Source: Eledone cirrhosa
Lineage: Eukaryota
DNA length: 64,000 nt
Reading direction: 5' to 3'
Assembly: GCA_964016885.1 (NCBI GenBank)
Contig: OZ024747.1
Location: forward strand, 89,404,001 to 89,468,000
The stretch's first letter is position 1; every line of letters starts with the position of its first letter. The notes under the pieces were generated by a model that saw only the letters and a program-made list of their open reading frames with translations, had not been told where the DNA came from and did no database searches. Shown in pieces: positions 51,341 to 64,000 of this stretch. A program made the position numbers and the translations under genes.

Positions 51341-53355
51341 ATGATCTACAATACAGCAATGAGTAAATATATTTCTTAACCGTTCTTCCTTTTTCTTCAT
51401 TATGAAAATTATCTTGAACATGACACTTTTGATTTACAATCACTCAGCAACTGTACCAAAAGACAGAAATATTATTTTGAATAAACTATTTAACTTGATA
51501 CTTCACAAACTGAAATATTTTTATAGCCTCTTCAAAAACATTTGTAGTTAGCAGATCTATGACATTTTGTTGGTTTGCACATAGCTGTAGGAATAGAATA
51601 ACTAACTTCTGTTTTTACTGTAAGAAAAAATAAAAATAAAGCCAAAACAGAATATTTTAAATTTTGACATAACTGTAACCATATATTGATTTTTCACACT
51701 AATACAGTCTCAGATGGGAAGAGTCTAGTACATGGGCAACATATTTTGAGCAGTGGTCTGCGTAGGATGTAGCTCATGATAAGGTGGGCTGTACTACTAA
51801 GTAATTCAAGGGGAATTTGAAATTTTGAAATTAGGTGTGCCATTCAGAAAGCCAAACGGTCCATAGTTTGCCATAATTGGTCTAGTAGATTGAATCAACT
51901 CTAGTGCATGTCTGGTACTTTTTGACCCCAGAAGAATGGAAGGTTATGTCACCCACACAAGAATTTGAACTCAGAGTATTGAAGGAAATTAAATACTGTA
52001 AGACATTTATTCATTTCCGTATTCTCTCAGAATGATTATGCTTCTCTCTGGTTTCTTTTCTTGTTACATAATAAAGGTAAAATGAGTAAGCCGAGGAAAA
52101 TGATGATAATGATGATGATGATGATAATGATGGTGGTGGTGATGATGATCATAGGTGGTGGTGGTGTTGGTGGTGATGGTGGTGAGGGATGGCAATAATG
52201 GTGATGACAGAAACAGTGATAGCAATTGTGATGGCAGTGAAAAGAAAATATTTAGAAAATAGCTTGAATATATTTTTGTGATTGTCTCCAGCAACAACAT
52301 AAAGACATATCTATAAAAAAGATTTTTAACTCTTAAAAGTATTTTAGAATTTGTTAATTTATAAATTTATCATCTAGAAAACAAAAAGTTTTTTCTCTCT
52401 TTAAAATACATTTGTGTATTGTTTACTTTAGGAAGTCAGTTAAGAGTGACTAGAATGGGTTTCAAAATAAAGGACATTTTTACAAAGGGAAATAACCTAT
52501 CAAATAAAAATTAGTTTAGCGCTCATTTAATAAGACCCCAATTAATGGGTTCCAATGAAGCCAGTCAACTTTCTAATGGTTTCGGTGACATCACAAACCT
52601 TGCGGTCTTTGAAGCCATTTCATTGACCACTTCAAAGATGCTTCATACTAACAATTTGAAAAGGTTCATCTTTTAACATATCCACATTTAAAAAAAAATA
52701 AAATTATAATTATTGCTGCAGCGTTTTAAAAGGTTCTGATCAAATATGTTTTTGGACCATTAAACAAAATTGTTCTTTAGATAGAATTTCACATTTTTTC
52801 CTCATTTTCCTGCATGTAGTTTTATGTTCCCATCTACAGAAGTTTTTTTTTTATATAGCTACAATTTTCTTTTAAAATATTCTGTATAAAAAGAAAATAA
52901 AACTTTCTTCTAAAGATAGTTTAAAACTGACTTGCTAATATCTAATTTTGTTTTCGTTTTTCCAAACAAGCCGAAACAAAGGTTATATTTTCTTTTTGTT
53001 TTGTTTGTTTGTTATTTTTTCTTTTTGTTTTGATTCAAGATTAAAATTCTGAGATGTTAGTTTCAACCAAAAAGAAAAGATCAAAGTCTTCATGTCAATT
53101 ATATAATTCATTCATGAACGATACAGTATTCGTTTTATCCAATCTTTCAGATTTTTTTACCCCACCAATATATGACATACATATAACGGTTGATGATATC
53201 CTCCTTTTCATTCAAGGTTAACATTTCTGAAAAACACTTTGTATTGTTTAATGTGAAACAATCTTAAACGTTTTTTGTGAGGTAATTTTTTTTTTGATCA
53301 AAATGCCTAGTTAAAGAGAGAGTGGGGGTAAAAGAAAGAGAAAAGGAGAGTAAAC

Positions 53356-53450
<95 letters not shown>

Positions 53451-53452
<2 letters not shown>

Positions 53453-53545
53453 CAGTAACTGTATTGCACTTTCAGTTTTAATAGGAATGTTATCATATCC
53501 AATGTACTAGAGGTGATGGCTTTTTTGTTATCAAGTTGTAAACAA

Positions 53546-53622
<77 letters not shown>

Positions 53623-53735
53623 CCTTATCGAGCCTCCTTTGGATTTGAGTCTTCAAATTTATTATTATGACTATATATAAATGTATATATTTATTATATA
53701 CATATTAATATATAAGGGTATATATTTATTATACT

Positions 53736-53766
<31 letters not shown>

Positions 53767-53880
53767 GTGTGTGCGTGTGTGAGTTGCTTACAACTTGATA
53801 ACAAAGAGCCATCACCTCTGGTACATTGGATATGATAACATTCCTACTATAACTGAAAGTGTAATACTCTAGTTACTGAA
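53451..53880. repeat. ~100-bp inverted repeat pair around microsatellites
   Basis: 53451-53549 is the imperfect reverse complement of 53780-53880. Confidence 0.85.
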
Positions 53881-53899
53881 CATATATTTATATATAATG

Positions 53900-54140
53900 T
53901 AGGTATCACGACAAAAAAACACACAGTCCACGCTGTAATGTGGCTGTGTAGGTTACAACGGTAAAAACCTCCCAGTTCCACACTGTAAACGTGGTTGGTG
54001 TTAGGAAGGGCATCCAGCCGTAGAAAACCCGCCAGACAGTCCTATACGAGCAGGACAACCAATCTTGCCTCAAGTGGGAAAACTCCCGTCCAAACCCATG
54101 CAAGCGTGGAAGATGGACGTTAAACGATGATGATGATGAT
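53900..54140 (+). mobile_element. RTE 3'-UTR-derived repeat
   Basis: Same as 47295-47520, ending in (GAT)n. Confidence 0.8.
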
Positions 54141-54296
54141 AATGAAGGAAGTTTGGTAAGAAACCAGGTGGACCATAACACACAAGAGTACTCGATACTT
54201 AGGGTAGTAGAGTGGGTAATATTCATATATATAAATGTATATATTTATTATATATATATATAAATTGATGTATGACATACCTCAACTGTACTGGCA

Positions 54297-54344
<48 letters not shown>

Positions 54345-54363
54345 TTGGCAGTATCATCATCAT

Positions 54364-54435
<72 letters not shown>

Positions 54436-54490
54436 TGCCAAGACTGGAATTGAACCATCAGCACAGTTGAAGTATGTCATACATCAATTT

Positions 54491-54562
54491 ATATATTTTA
54501 TCTGATGAGGATGTACTGAGGAAACAGCACAGTACCTCCAAAATATATATAATAAAATATAT
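54491..54562 (+). ncRNA. HHR (family B), G12 mutated
   Basis: ATATATTTTAT-CTGATGA-GGATGTACTG...CAGTACCTCC-AAAA-TATATA-TA-ATAAAATATAT. CCGAAA to CCAAAA fits CpG decay. Confidence 0.6.
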
Positions 54563-54660
54563 TTGATTACATGAATGTCTATATTTATTAATATTTTGAA
54601 TTAATATATATATATATATACAATATTAATAAATGGAAACTATATTTATAAAACCATATT

Positions 54661-54725
54661 TATTTCATTATATATATTTCAAGGATACCAAGTTAAATCA
54701 TGGTATGCCTTCATCAGACAAAATA
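54661..54725 (-). ncRNA. Type I hammerhead ribozyme (family B), intact core
   Basis: TATTTTGT-CTGATGA-AGGCATACCA(TGATTTAACT)TGGTATCCTT-GAAA-TATATA-TA-ATGAAATA. Confidence 0.7.
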
Positions 54726-56777
54726 CAATATATAACAGTTTTACAAATAGATATTGACGTACCCTTTCAAAAAGGTGACTGTTGTTTTTGGAGGCCATCC
54801 GGATAGTGGTTTGTTTACTTTAGTAAGTCATAGTGTTAAGAGTAAGTAAAAAGATGGAGAGAGAGAGAGAGAGAAACGTGGAGAAAAGAAAGGGAAAGAT
54901 AGATAAAGAAAAAGAAGAAAGCAAAAATAAAAGAGAACAGAGGAAAAATAACAGGGAGATATCAAAACATCAGACAGAGAAAGAACTCAAGAGAGAGATA
55001 TGCATAGATAGAGAGAGGGGGGAGAGAACGAAAACCTTAAGTTATGTTATATTAAGTTGAAATGAATAAATAAAATTAGAAATATTAAATATTAATATTT
55101 CTAACACAAAGGAGCAAATGACATCTCAGTTAGAATTGAAATTTGGATTTTCAGATTAATAAAGGTCTATTTTTAACCAGGGTTACACACTGAAAACATT
55201 CATCAATTTGATATGCTTTTGAAACCAGAATTTGTTAAATCATTCACCAAATGGCTGCTTACAAAATTCGTTTGGCCTCGAGAATTCCTGATGTCTTTTT
55301 TTTTTATCTGGTAGTAAAATACATAAAAATGTTGGTACAGTATAAATATATTCAAAGTTTAGGTTTATAGAAATAGGCAGATGAATGAGCCTGATCCATT
55401 CAATGTAAAATGTGAATTTGATAATAGCACTTGCTTATTCATGAAAGAAACCTGAATAATCGATGATGCAAGCTGAATAAATAAACATTTGATGTGATCA
55501 AAGAAAAATATTGCTTATGTAACTCCACCACACACACACACACACATAAATAGTCAGTTTTGTGTTTTGTAACAAAATAGATTAATTATTAAGAAGGTAT
55601 ATCATAGTTCAAAGAATAAAACAATATTAGCAAAAGATCTTGGCCCTAAGGGGTCTAATTATGAATATCATATCACAGGAAAAAAACTCTTAACAAAATA
55701 AGGAAAAAAACAAAACAAAACAAAAGAAAATAATAATAAATCTTTCAGTTATCAACATTTCTATTAAACAACTTTGATCATAGCCATGCCGTTTTTGTTA
55801 AGGAATTTGATGAAGCGTCTTTTTCAACCAACCAAGAACACATTTACATATAAATATTCTATGGTGTGAATGTTTAATGGAGAAATAGTACTATTGATAT
55901 ATAATCTGCTGCACTTTAACATTCAATACAATATAACACATAAGATTGTAAGAATGTATTCACCTTACTGATTTAACAGTCAGCTACAGAGCACACATTG
56001 TTAAAATCAGTTATCCAGTTATTTCATATGTATTTACTTAGTTGTATATTCAATCTTCTCTTGCAAATTTCATTTTAAATTGCAGCCAGCATTAGTTCAT
56101 TTAAACTTTTCAATTGCAAATTGAAAGACATATCTTTAAGCATTTATATGGTTCATTGACCACATACTCAATACTAGTTTCTTTGTCAATGTGTATGTAA
56201 GGTAGGAGGTCTGTCAGATTGCTATTTGTTTTGCAAAGAATTTAAGCCCTTCTATGATGGGTTGAATGTGTGACTTTCTTCTGTTTTCTCTAGTTGTTTT
56301 TCTTCTGTCACAGGGGCAAGGATGGTTCTCACATTTTAACTGCTTTCTGCTAGGGTACATTTTTTCTTTTGGGCATTCCTCCTCTGTGAGGATTTAGCAC
56401 TGAATTCAGTTGGCTACTGGTCTGGTTTGTCAATTATTTCTTTCTTGTCTTTGTAAGATGATTGTATTGTACATCTGGCTATACAAGGTGGCTGGGTATT
56501 TTCTTTAGGCTTCAAATCTTAAAAACCAGAAATCTCATTAAATATATTGTTGCTGATTAGTCCTAAATGAGTCTTGATGCAGGAGATATATGATCAAAGG
56601 TGTACCACCTATGTTCCTTCTAAACCGGTGTGGTTGCACGACCATGTAGTCTCAGTATTGGTACCTTACACATCAAAATGTTGCCTCTCAGTAACTTTGA
56701 ATTTAAAATACTTTTTTATCAAAGCACCAGAGATTCCACTCAGAGGATGTGAAAACTTAAAGGAAACATTCTTTGCT

Positions 56778-56917
56778 AGCCATGACTATTAAGGGAAACA
56801 TGTGTGTCAGCCATGACTATTAGAGGGAATGATGTGTACCAGCCATAACTATTGGTGGGAATAATATGTATCAGGCATGACTAATGGAGGAAAAGTTGTG
56901 TACCAGCCATGACTAGT
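56778..56917. repeat. Degenerate ~32-bp tandem repeat x5
   Basis: AGCCATGACTATT...TGTGT(A)C units. Confidence 0.7.
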
Positions 56918-59189
56918 CAATTTTTTCATTTCATAAGTAGTATATCTAGAACTGCATTATCCACCATGATGTTCCGTTTTTGAACAGTAAGGTGTGATTT
57001 GACTGAGATTTGATTGTTATGTCTAATAAAGGTATTCCCCAGTAATTAGATGTTTAGATTGTAGATTAAATCCTATACTGTCTGGTGGAAAGTAATTAAA
57101 TTTGATTGATCTTTCTGAAATCATTACTATTTTCTTTATATAACAATATTTATAAAGCTTTTCACCTAATTCAAAGAGCATGTGATTGGTTCAATAAGTC
57201 TCAGTAGTGTCCAAGGAGACTTGAAAACACAATAGTATGTTTCCTGATCATGTATTCTCATTAACTTTGGTCTTAACCCTAAATAATCTTCACACCAAGA
57301 CCGAAATAGGTAGACACATTTACACATAATACATTATTCCATAGAAACTGTGTTGAAAAGTGCAATTAATTTCTATTGTTATATGATATATCAACCTATC
57401 ACCTTCTGTATCATTCATATGTAATCCACTACTCTTTCCTAATTTCTAAATCTCTGTCTAGTTAAAGACTACTTAAGAAGCTCTTAACTGCATCTCTTAT
57501 CAGTAACAATCATCTTTGCATGTTTCAGTAAGAACAAGATCATCAAAGAAATCTTTCTATGTCAACATAGTGATTATCTTCTGAATTCTCATAAGTATCT
57601 GGTGTCATATTATTTTATTAACCTTCTCTGATCTATATCAATGTATTGTCAAAAGCTGTTGCTGCTGACTGATTCCAAGACATTCTATAATGTTTCTCAT
57701 ATACTATTCTACAAACAATTATATGACTGGAAAACAATGAATAATTAAAAACTTTCATAAGTACCTACAACCACTTAAGTAAGACAAACTGGACAGATGT
57801 ACAATAAAGACAATAAATTAGTGCTCAATATGTATCCAAGAGTGGTGATGATTTTAAATTAATTCTCAAAACAAAAATAGAAGAAGAGAACTGACAAAAC
57901 ATCAAGCATTCAGTGTGATGTTTTAATCTATCAATTGATCTACTTAGCTGGAAATTGATTTGAAAATATTCTGTTAGTGTATCAATCACTCAAAGATAAG
58001 TATTGATAAGTATTGAATAAGTAATGTGAATCAGGTTAAAATGGAACAATGTGCAATGCTATATAGAGATTTATATATTAATGAATGTTTAAAAGATGTT
58101 TGATTAATGATAAATGAGGAAGAAATCCATTAATAGTCAATGTTGGTGTGTGCTGAGTTTTGTGTAGCCTGAGCTGTTGTACATACTAACCATTACATAT
58201 GATTCGAATATTCTGCCTGCTCTGAGCAATGAATGTCATCTCCAGGTATGTCCTCTCCAAACCCATAAAAAGAACTGACATCAGCACTTAAAGTCAACAA
58301 ACTATATATTAATTTTCTATTTAATTATTGTTTTAATGACTTAGTCAAAGCCATTTAGTCATGGCTAGTGCTCATGACCTTTTATAAGCATACTGAGACT
58401 GGTAAGAAGACAAAAAGAAGTTAATCTAATGAGAAGACCTGACCCCAAACAGTTAAGTCTCCAGTGGTTGATTAAATATACCAACCCAAAACAGGAACAG
58501 ACTTTTTAATGAAATTCTACACAGTTTTCATTTACCCAATTTCACTGAAAAGACATTAATCAACCTAAGACTATCAAATAAAAAAAATTAAAAAACTGTG
58601 TACCATGAAGTGCACACACAGCCATGTTTGTTTAGAATAAGTTGTTTCTACTATGTAGTAATTATTTGTTGCTTGTGGTCAGAGTTATTTGTGAGTTAAG
58701 TGTTTTAGCCATGAACATAATTTAGTGTCAATGATAGGACAAAAACTAGCATCCTTTCAGCAGGTTTGTCCACTATACAGCACAATTAGCTATTTGCACT
58801 CTTTATTTGATTAATATTAAATCAGTGAAGCATACAACCTTTGACATTCTCACAGCTGTGAATATTGCATGTTGGAATGATTGAAGCATTGTAATAGCAA
58901 TAGAAATACATTGTAATCGATTGGTCTGACCGATTAATACAAGGAAATGAAGAGTAACATATATCCTGCCTGGAAGCAATCAATAAAAGAATAAGGATTT
59001 CACAATGAAGCAGACAAGATTCAATGATTCAAGATATAATGAATGTCTGATAACAATGTCAACTGCAGAATATCTTATTAGTTTGGCCAATGGAATAAAT
59101 TACAATATTACGGTTGTCTTTGTAAGACATTAAATAGACATCATGATGATTCTATATTTATGCTTTTTATTCACCAGTGTGCTCATTTA

Positions 59190-59659
<470 letters not shown>

Positions 59660-60042
59660 CAAAGTAAAACCTACTACAGTCAGTAGGCATCTCTAACAAA
59701 ATACACCCCCATCCCACCACCCCCACCCCATCCACACCGCCCCTTTCAATGTAAAGTTATGTTGGTGCCACAAAATCCAGGCCGAAACAAATGAGATCGT
59801 GTAGGTGTCACGACAAAAAAACACACAGTCCACGCTGTAACGTGGCCGTATAGGCAACACGGTAAAAACCTCCCAGCCCCACACTGTAAATGTGGTTGGT
59901 GTTAGGAAGGCATCCAACTGTAGAAAACCCGCCAGACAGTCCTATGCGAGCAAGACAACCACTCTTGCCTCAAGTGGGAAAACTCCCGTCCAAACCCATG
60001 CAAGCGTGGAACATGGACGTTAAACGATGATGATGATGATGA
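59660..60042 (+). mobile_element. RTE 3' UTR copy
   Basis: Colinear with 47150-47520. Confidence 0.8.
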
Positions 60043-60046
60043 TATA

Positions 60047-60111
<65 letters not shown>

Positions 60112-60121
60112 ATATATATAT

Positions 60122-61339
60122 GTAGGAGGTGAGTTTTATTGTAGCACAATAAAGCAATGCAAATATCGGATAAGTAGCACTCAACAGTTTATAGGTACAT
60201 AAATAGATGTACGGATTTATTTTCGCTCTGCTTGCATAAATCCCATGAACTTTCCATAAAGTATACAGCTAATATCTTACTACCTAATTAGTTTAAAATC
60301 TTATTTCTCAACGCTTTTATATCTTTTACAAATATACCCATCTTTCTACCTTATTTCAGTATATTATACAATTTACTCATACTATGTCGTTAGCGGTCCC
60401 CATATTTTTCTTCTTTTTTAATTTCTAATTTTTAATCTGTAACTTTTACTTCTCAATTACTTCTTAATTCATATTATAACTCACTATAGCATTTTCCTTA
60501 TATTCTCGGCCATACACATTTTTACTTTTAATATATACTAATATTACCATTAGTAAATTTTGTAAACATATTTTTTTTTACATATATTTTTTCTTCCTTG
60601 AATTTTCTTCTTTCTTCTCTCCTTCCGTGCTCGTATTAAACCTATTATTTACTTTTTCCTATTACAATACATAGAAAAAAACTTGGACCCTAACTAATTC
60701 CTCCAAGTTCATAATTCATTTAACCTTTTCTTCATTCACCTTATCTCCTTAATATTTTTTATTTTAATAATACATTTTAATAAATTCCATTTTGCACATA
60801 TTATTAAACCCTTCAATATATAAACCTTAAATAAATACTATTCTTAATTCCTTTTTATTTAATCATAAGCATCACCATTCATAAACCTCATTAACTTTTA
60901 ATTTCTAAATTTTTTAAAATTATGTATTATCTTACAACGGTTTTTTAAATTTCTCTCTGTGAGACAGTGTTTCTCAGTATTAAAGGTTATCTCTATCTCA
61001 CTCATTTTCTCCTCCTCTCTCATCCTTCCTTCTTATACTCCTTCTCCGTCATCCTTTCCTTATTATTATATATTTTTTTCTTATTATATTCTTTCTTCCT
61101 CTTCCTTACCCTTTCCTTCCCCCCTTCCTTTCCTTTTTTTTTCCCCAATCTCATATATCCATCTTATTTTATTTTTCATATGTTGATTTAACACTTCACT
61201 GCTCGCAAGTGTTTTTTAAGCTTCATATCATGTCTCCCTATTTTATCTGATGAGAACGCAACTATCATCCCATGATGATATTTGTTTTTGAAATGCGCAT
61301 AATAAAATACATGGAACTCTTTTAACCATCTTTTGATTT

Positions 61340-61340
<1 letters not shown>
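60122..61340 (+). mobile_element. Putative Penelope-like pLTR/3' segment (1.2 kb) in (TA)n
   Basis: Pyrimidine-rich insert bounded by (TA)n on both sides and ending with an HHR. Confidence 0.5.
61239..61309 (+). ncRNA. Type I hammerhead ribozyme with palindromic stem III (dimer-type)
   Basis: TATTTTAT-CTGATGA-GAACGCAA.CTATCATC(CCAT)GATGATA.TTTGTTTTT-GAAA-TGCGCA-TA-ATAAAATA. Confidence 0.85.
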
Positions 61341-61421
<81 letters not shown>

Positions 61422-61456
61422 ATATGTGTGTGTATATGTATGTGTGTATATATATA

Positions 61457-61524
<68 letters not shown>

Positions 61525-61744
61525 TATGTGTGTATATATATATATATATCATTATCATCATTCATCATCGTTTTACATCCGCTTTTCCCTGCTTGCAAGA
61601 GAGGGACGGGAACTGATTCTGGCTTGATTTCTACAGCTGGATGCCCTTCCTAACACCAACCTCATTTACAGTGAGTGCTGGGTGCTTTTTTGCCGTGGCA
61701 CCTCCGCGACCACTTTGCAGTGGAATGATATGGACCCCAGTCCC

Positions 61745-62030
61745 TATCATCTCATTTCTACAGCTGAGTAAACTGGAGCAATGTGAAATAAAGTCTCTTG
61801 CTCAAGGAAACAACACATCACCTGGTCCGAGAATTGAACTCACAACCTTTTGATTGCAAGGCCAATGCTCTAACCACTAAGCCATATGCCTCCATATTTG
61901 TATATATTAGTGTAGGTGTATGGCTGAGTGGTAAGAAAATTGGATTCGCAATCGTGAGGTTGTGAGTTTGATTCCTGGACTGGGCGATGTGTTATATCCT
62001 TGAGCAAGACACTTTATTTCATGTTGCTCC
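61745..62030. mobile_element. Head-to-head family 2 SINE pair
   Basis: 61745-61890 minus and 61915-62030 plus. Confidence 0.75.
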
Positions 62031-62287
62031 TTCTAGCGGGAGTTGCGACCGGTAGATAGTATTAGCAATTGGAAAGACTAATGGAAACAGTGTTTCCTCG
62101 GTCCGATTTGACGAAAGTCAATCGACTGTCGATGTGTCTGTGTGTGTGTGTATATAGATATGTGTGTAGGTATGTGTATATGTGTGTGTGTATATATATG
62201 TGTGTGTGTATCCTGGGTTCGTCGGGGGTAACCACAGTAAGTAAGGTACTCAATACATGGCAGAGTATAAATATTTAATATAGAAAT

Positions 62288-62339
62288 GGCTTCTACAGGA
62301 CTAGAACTGTTTCATTCGAAGGAAATCACCAGGAAAGCT
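62288..62339 (-). ncRNA. Family A HHR with core mutation (CUGGUGA)
   Basis: AGCTTTC-CTGGTGA-TTTCCTTCGAAT-GAAA-CAGTTCTAGTCCTG-TA-GAAGCC. The element tail extends to ~62210. Confidence 0.6.
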
Positions 62340-64000
62340 GACTGTCAATGTGATATGGTGGTATTTATACAACCTATGACCTCCATCCATTCCACCTTCC
62401 CCTATCTCCAGAAAATGTATAAATACCACCATAACATGTGTGTGTATATGTATGTGTGCTTATATATATATATATATACATACACATACACACAAATGAT
62501 GGATTTTCTCATAGTTTCCATCTATGAAAAAAAAAGCACTCAGTCCACACTGTAAAGTGGTTGTGTAGATGCCACGACAAAAAAGCATCCACAACACACT
62601 CTAAATATTGTTGGCATAAGGAAGGGCCATAGAAATCAAGCCAAAATCAGTTCTGTGTGAGTGAAACATGGTCCTTTGACTTGATCTCTCATAAAGGGAC
62701 AGCCTGTCGTACCCATGCTAGAATGGAAATGGACATTAAACGATGATGATATAACTTTCCAGTCAATTAATGGTAGCATTTATTTAGGTGATATTTCTTT
62801 GAAGGAGGAAAAGCAGAGACAGCCACACACACTCATACATACATACATGCATGACAGGGTTTGTACTATGTTCATCAACCAAATTCACTCACAAGTCTTT
62901 GGTCAGGCCAGGGATATTGCTCAATGATTTATGGATGGTTGCAAAGTGAAATTCCTAATCTTGTTGCCATACCTACACCCATATATATATATATATATAT
63001 ATGCGGGCATCCAGCTGCAGAAATCAAGCCAGAATCAGTTCCCGTATGAGCAAGACAAGGTCAGCCGACTGGGCACTGCCCACAACAGGACAACCAGTCT
63101 AACCCATGCTAGCGTGGAAGAAGGACATAAAACGGTGATGATGATGATGATGATAATATAAGTACCTATATATATATATATTTGATCAGAAAGAGGTGAG
63201 AAAATTCTGGCTGGATATGGCCAGTTTAAATGCTAAAGTGTTAATGCTTAAATGTCACTATAACAGACATAACACCACATTTTCTTAAAAATAACAGTTC
63301 ACCAGCTTCATTTCAAATTTCACATATATTTTGTGACTGCATCTCAAAGAGCCAGTCATATTTGTAGCCTCAAAACCGTTTGGTAATGCTAAAATAAGTT
63401 AAACTGTTAATACAAATATTCCCAACATTCACATTATGTGTTGATTGCTCTTCTCTTTTATTTATACCGAAGCTAATATATGAATTCATACATACTTCCA
63501 GTTATTTTGCCATGGAAGATATCAAATAAAGGTTTTATTTAGATATTTTATCATATTTATTATAACACATACACAGCTACTTTTCCCCTTGTCTGTTTAA
63601 CTAACTTTTCTTGCGTCTTCCCACTCTCTCTCTCTCCCTCCTCCCCCTCTCTTCACACTCACACATAAACCATGTCATTCAGTATTGCAGCTACTGTGGT
63701 GTTTTAATTTTGGAATACTCAATATTAAATGTTAAAAAAAAAAATATGATTGAAGACGATTTGTTTATACTTTTAAAATGTTCTTCAATGAAATTTTAGT
63801 CAGATGTAGTTTTTATTTGTCACTTGCAATCGTGCCTTTACATGTGATCAGACAATGAATAACTAACTAGATGATAAAATATTCACTCACAGTAGACTTT
63901 GTTCAGCCACTGTAAAATTTGCTCTGAAGTAACTACATTGTAGGCTATGTTCAGGCAATGTAAACTATGTTAACTCTGGTAACAGTAAAATTTGATCATT

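Noticed and set aside
52594-52641. Pre-miRNA-like hairpin TCTTTGAAG...CTTCAAAGA
   Set aside because: Stem too short to support a miRNA call.
53151-53216. Possible 66-nt plus-strand exon (DFFTPPIYDIHITVDDILLFIQ)
   Set aside because: Weak donor (GTTAAC), no recognisable homology or partner exons. The same applies to candidates at 27398 and 55181.

Overview
AT-rich, repeat-dense eukaryotic DNA. The SINE/LINE repertoire and (TA)n load suggest a coleoid cephalopod such as Octopus, but this is inference. Only one host protein gene is well supported: an intronless MORN5 on the minus strand (1685-2221). The rest is a mosaic of two tRNA-derived SINE families, LINE fragments (CR1, RTE, Tx1/L1, R4/Dong-like, CRE), Helitron-like and MITE-like DNA elements, microsatellites, and a ~2 kb array of a 48-bp unit expanded from an RTE-LINE 3' UTR. 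The most notable signal, invisible to the ORF track, is a dense set of about 14 type I hammerhead ribozyme (HHR) motifs, intact or decayed, from several sequence families. Most lie in short (TA)n-embedded elements, often as fold-back palindromes. One lies in the 3' region of a 5'-truncated Penelope-like element with an open GIY-YIG endonuclease ORF. All structures were folded by eye and coordinates of decayed repeats are approximate.
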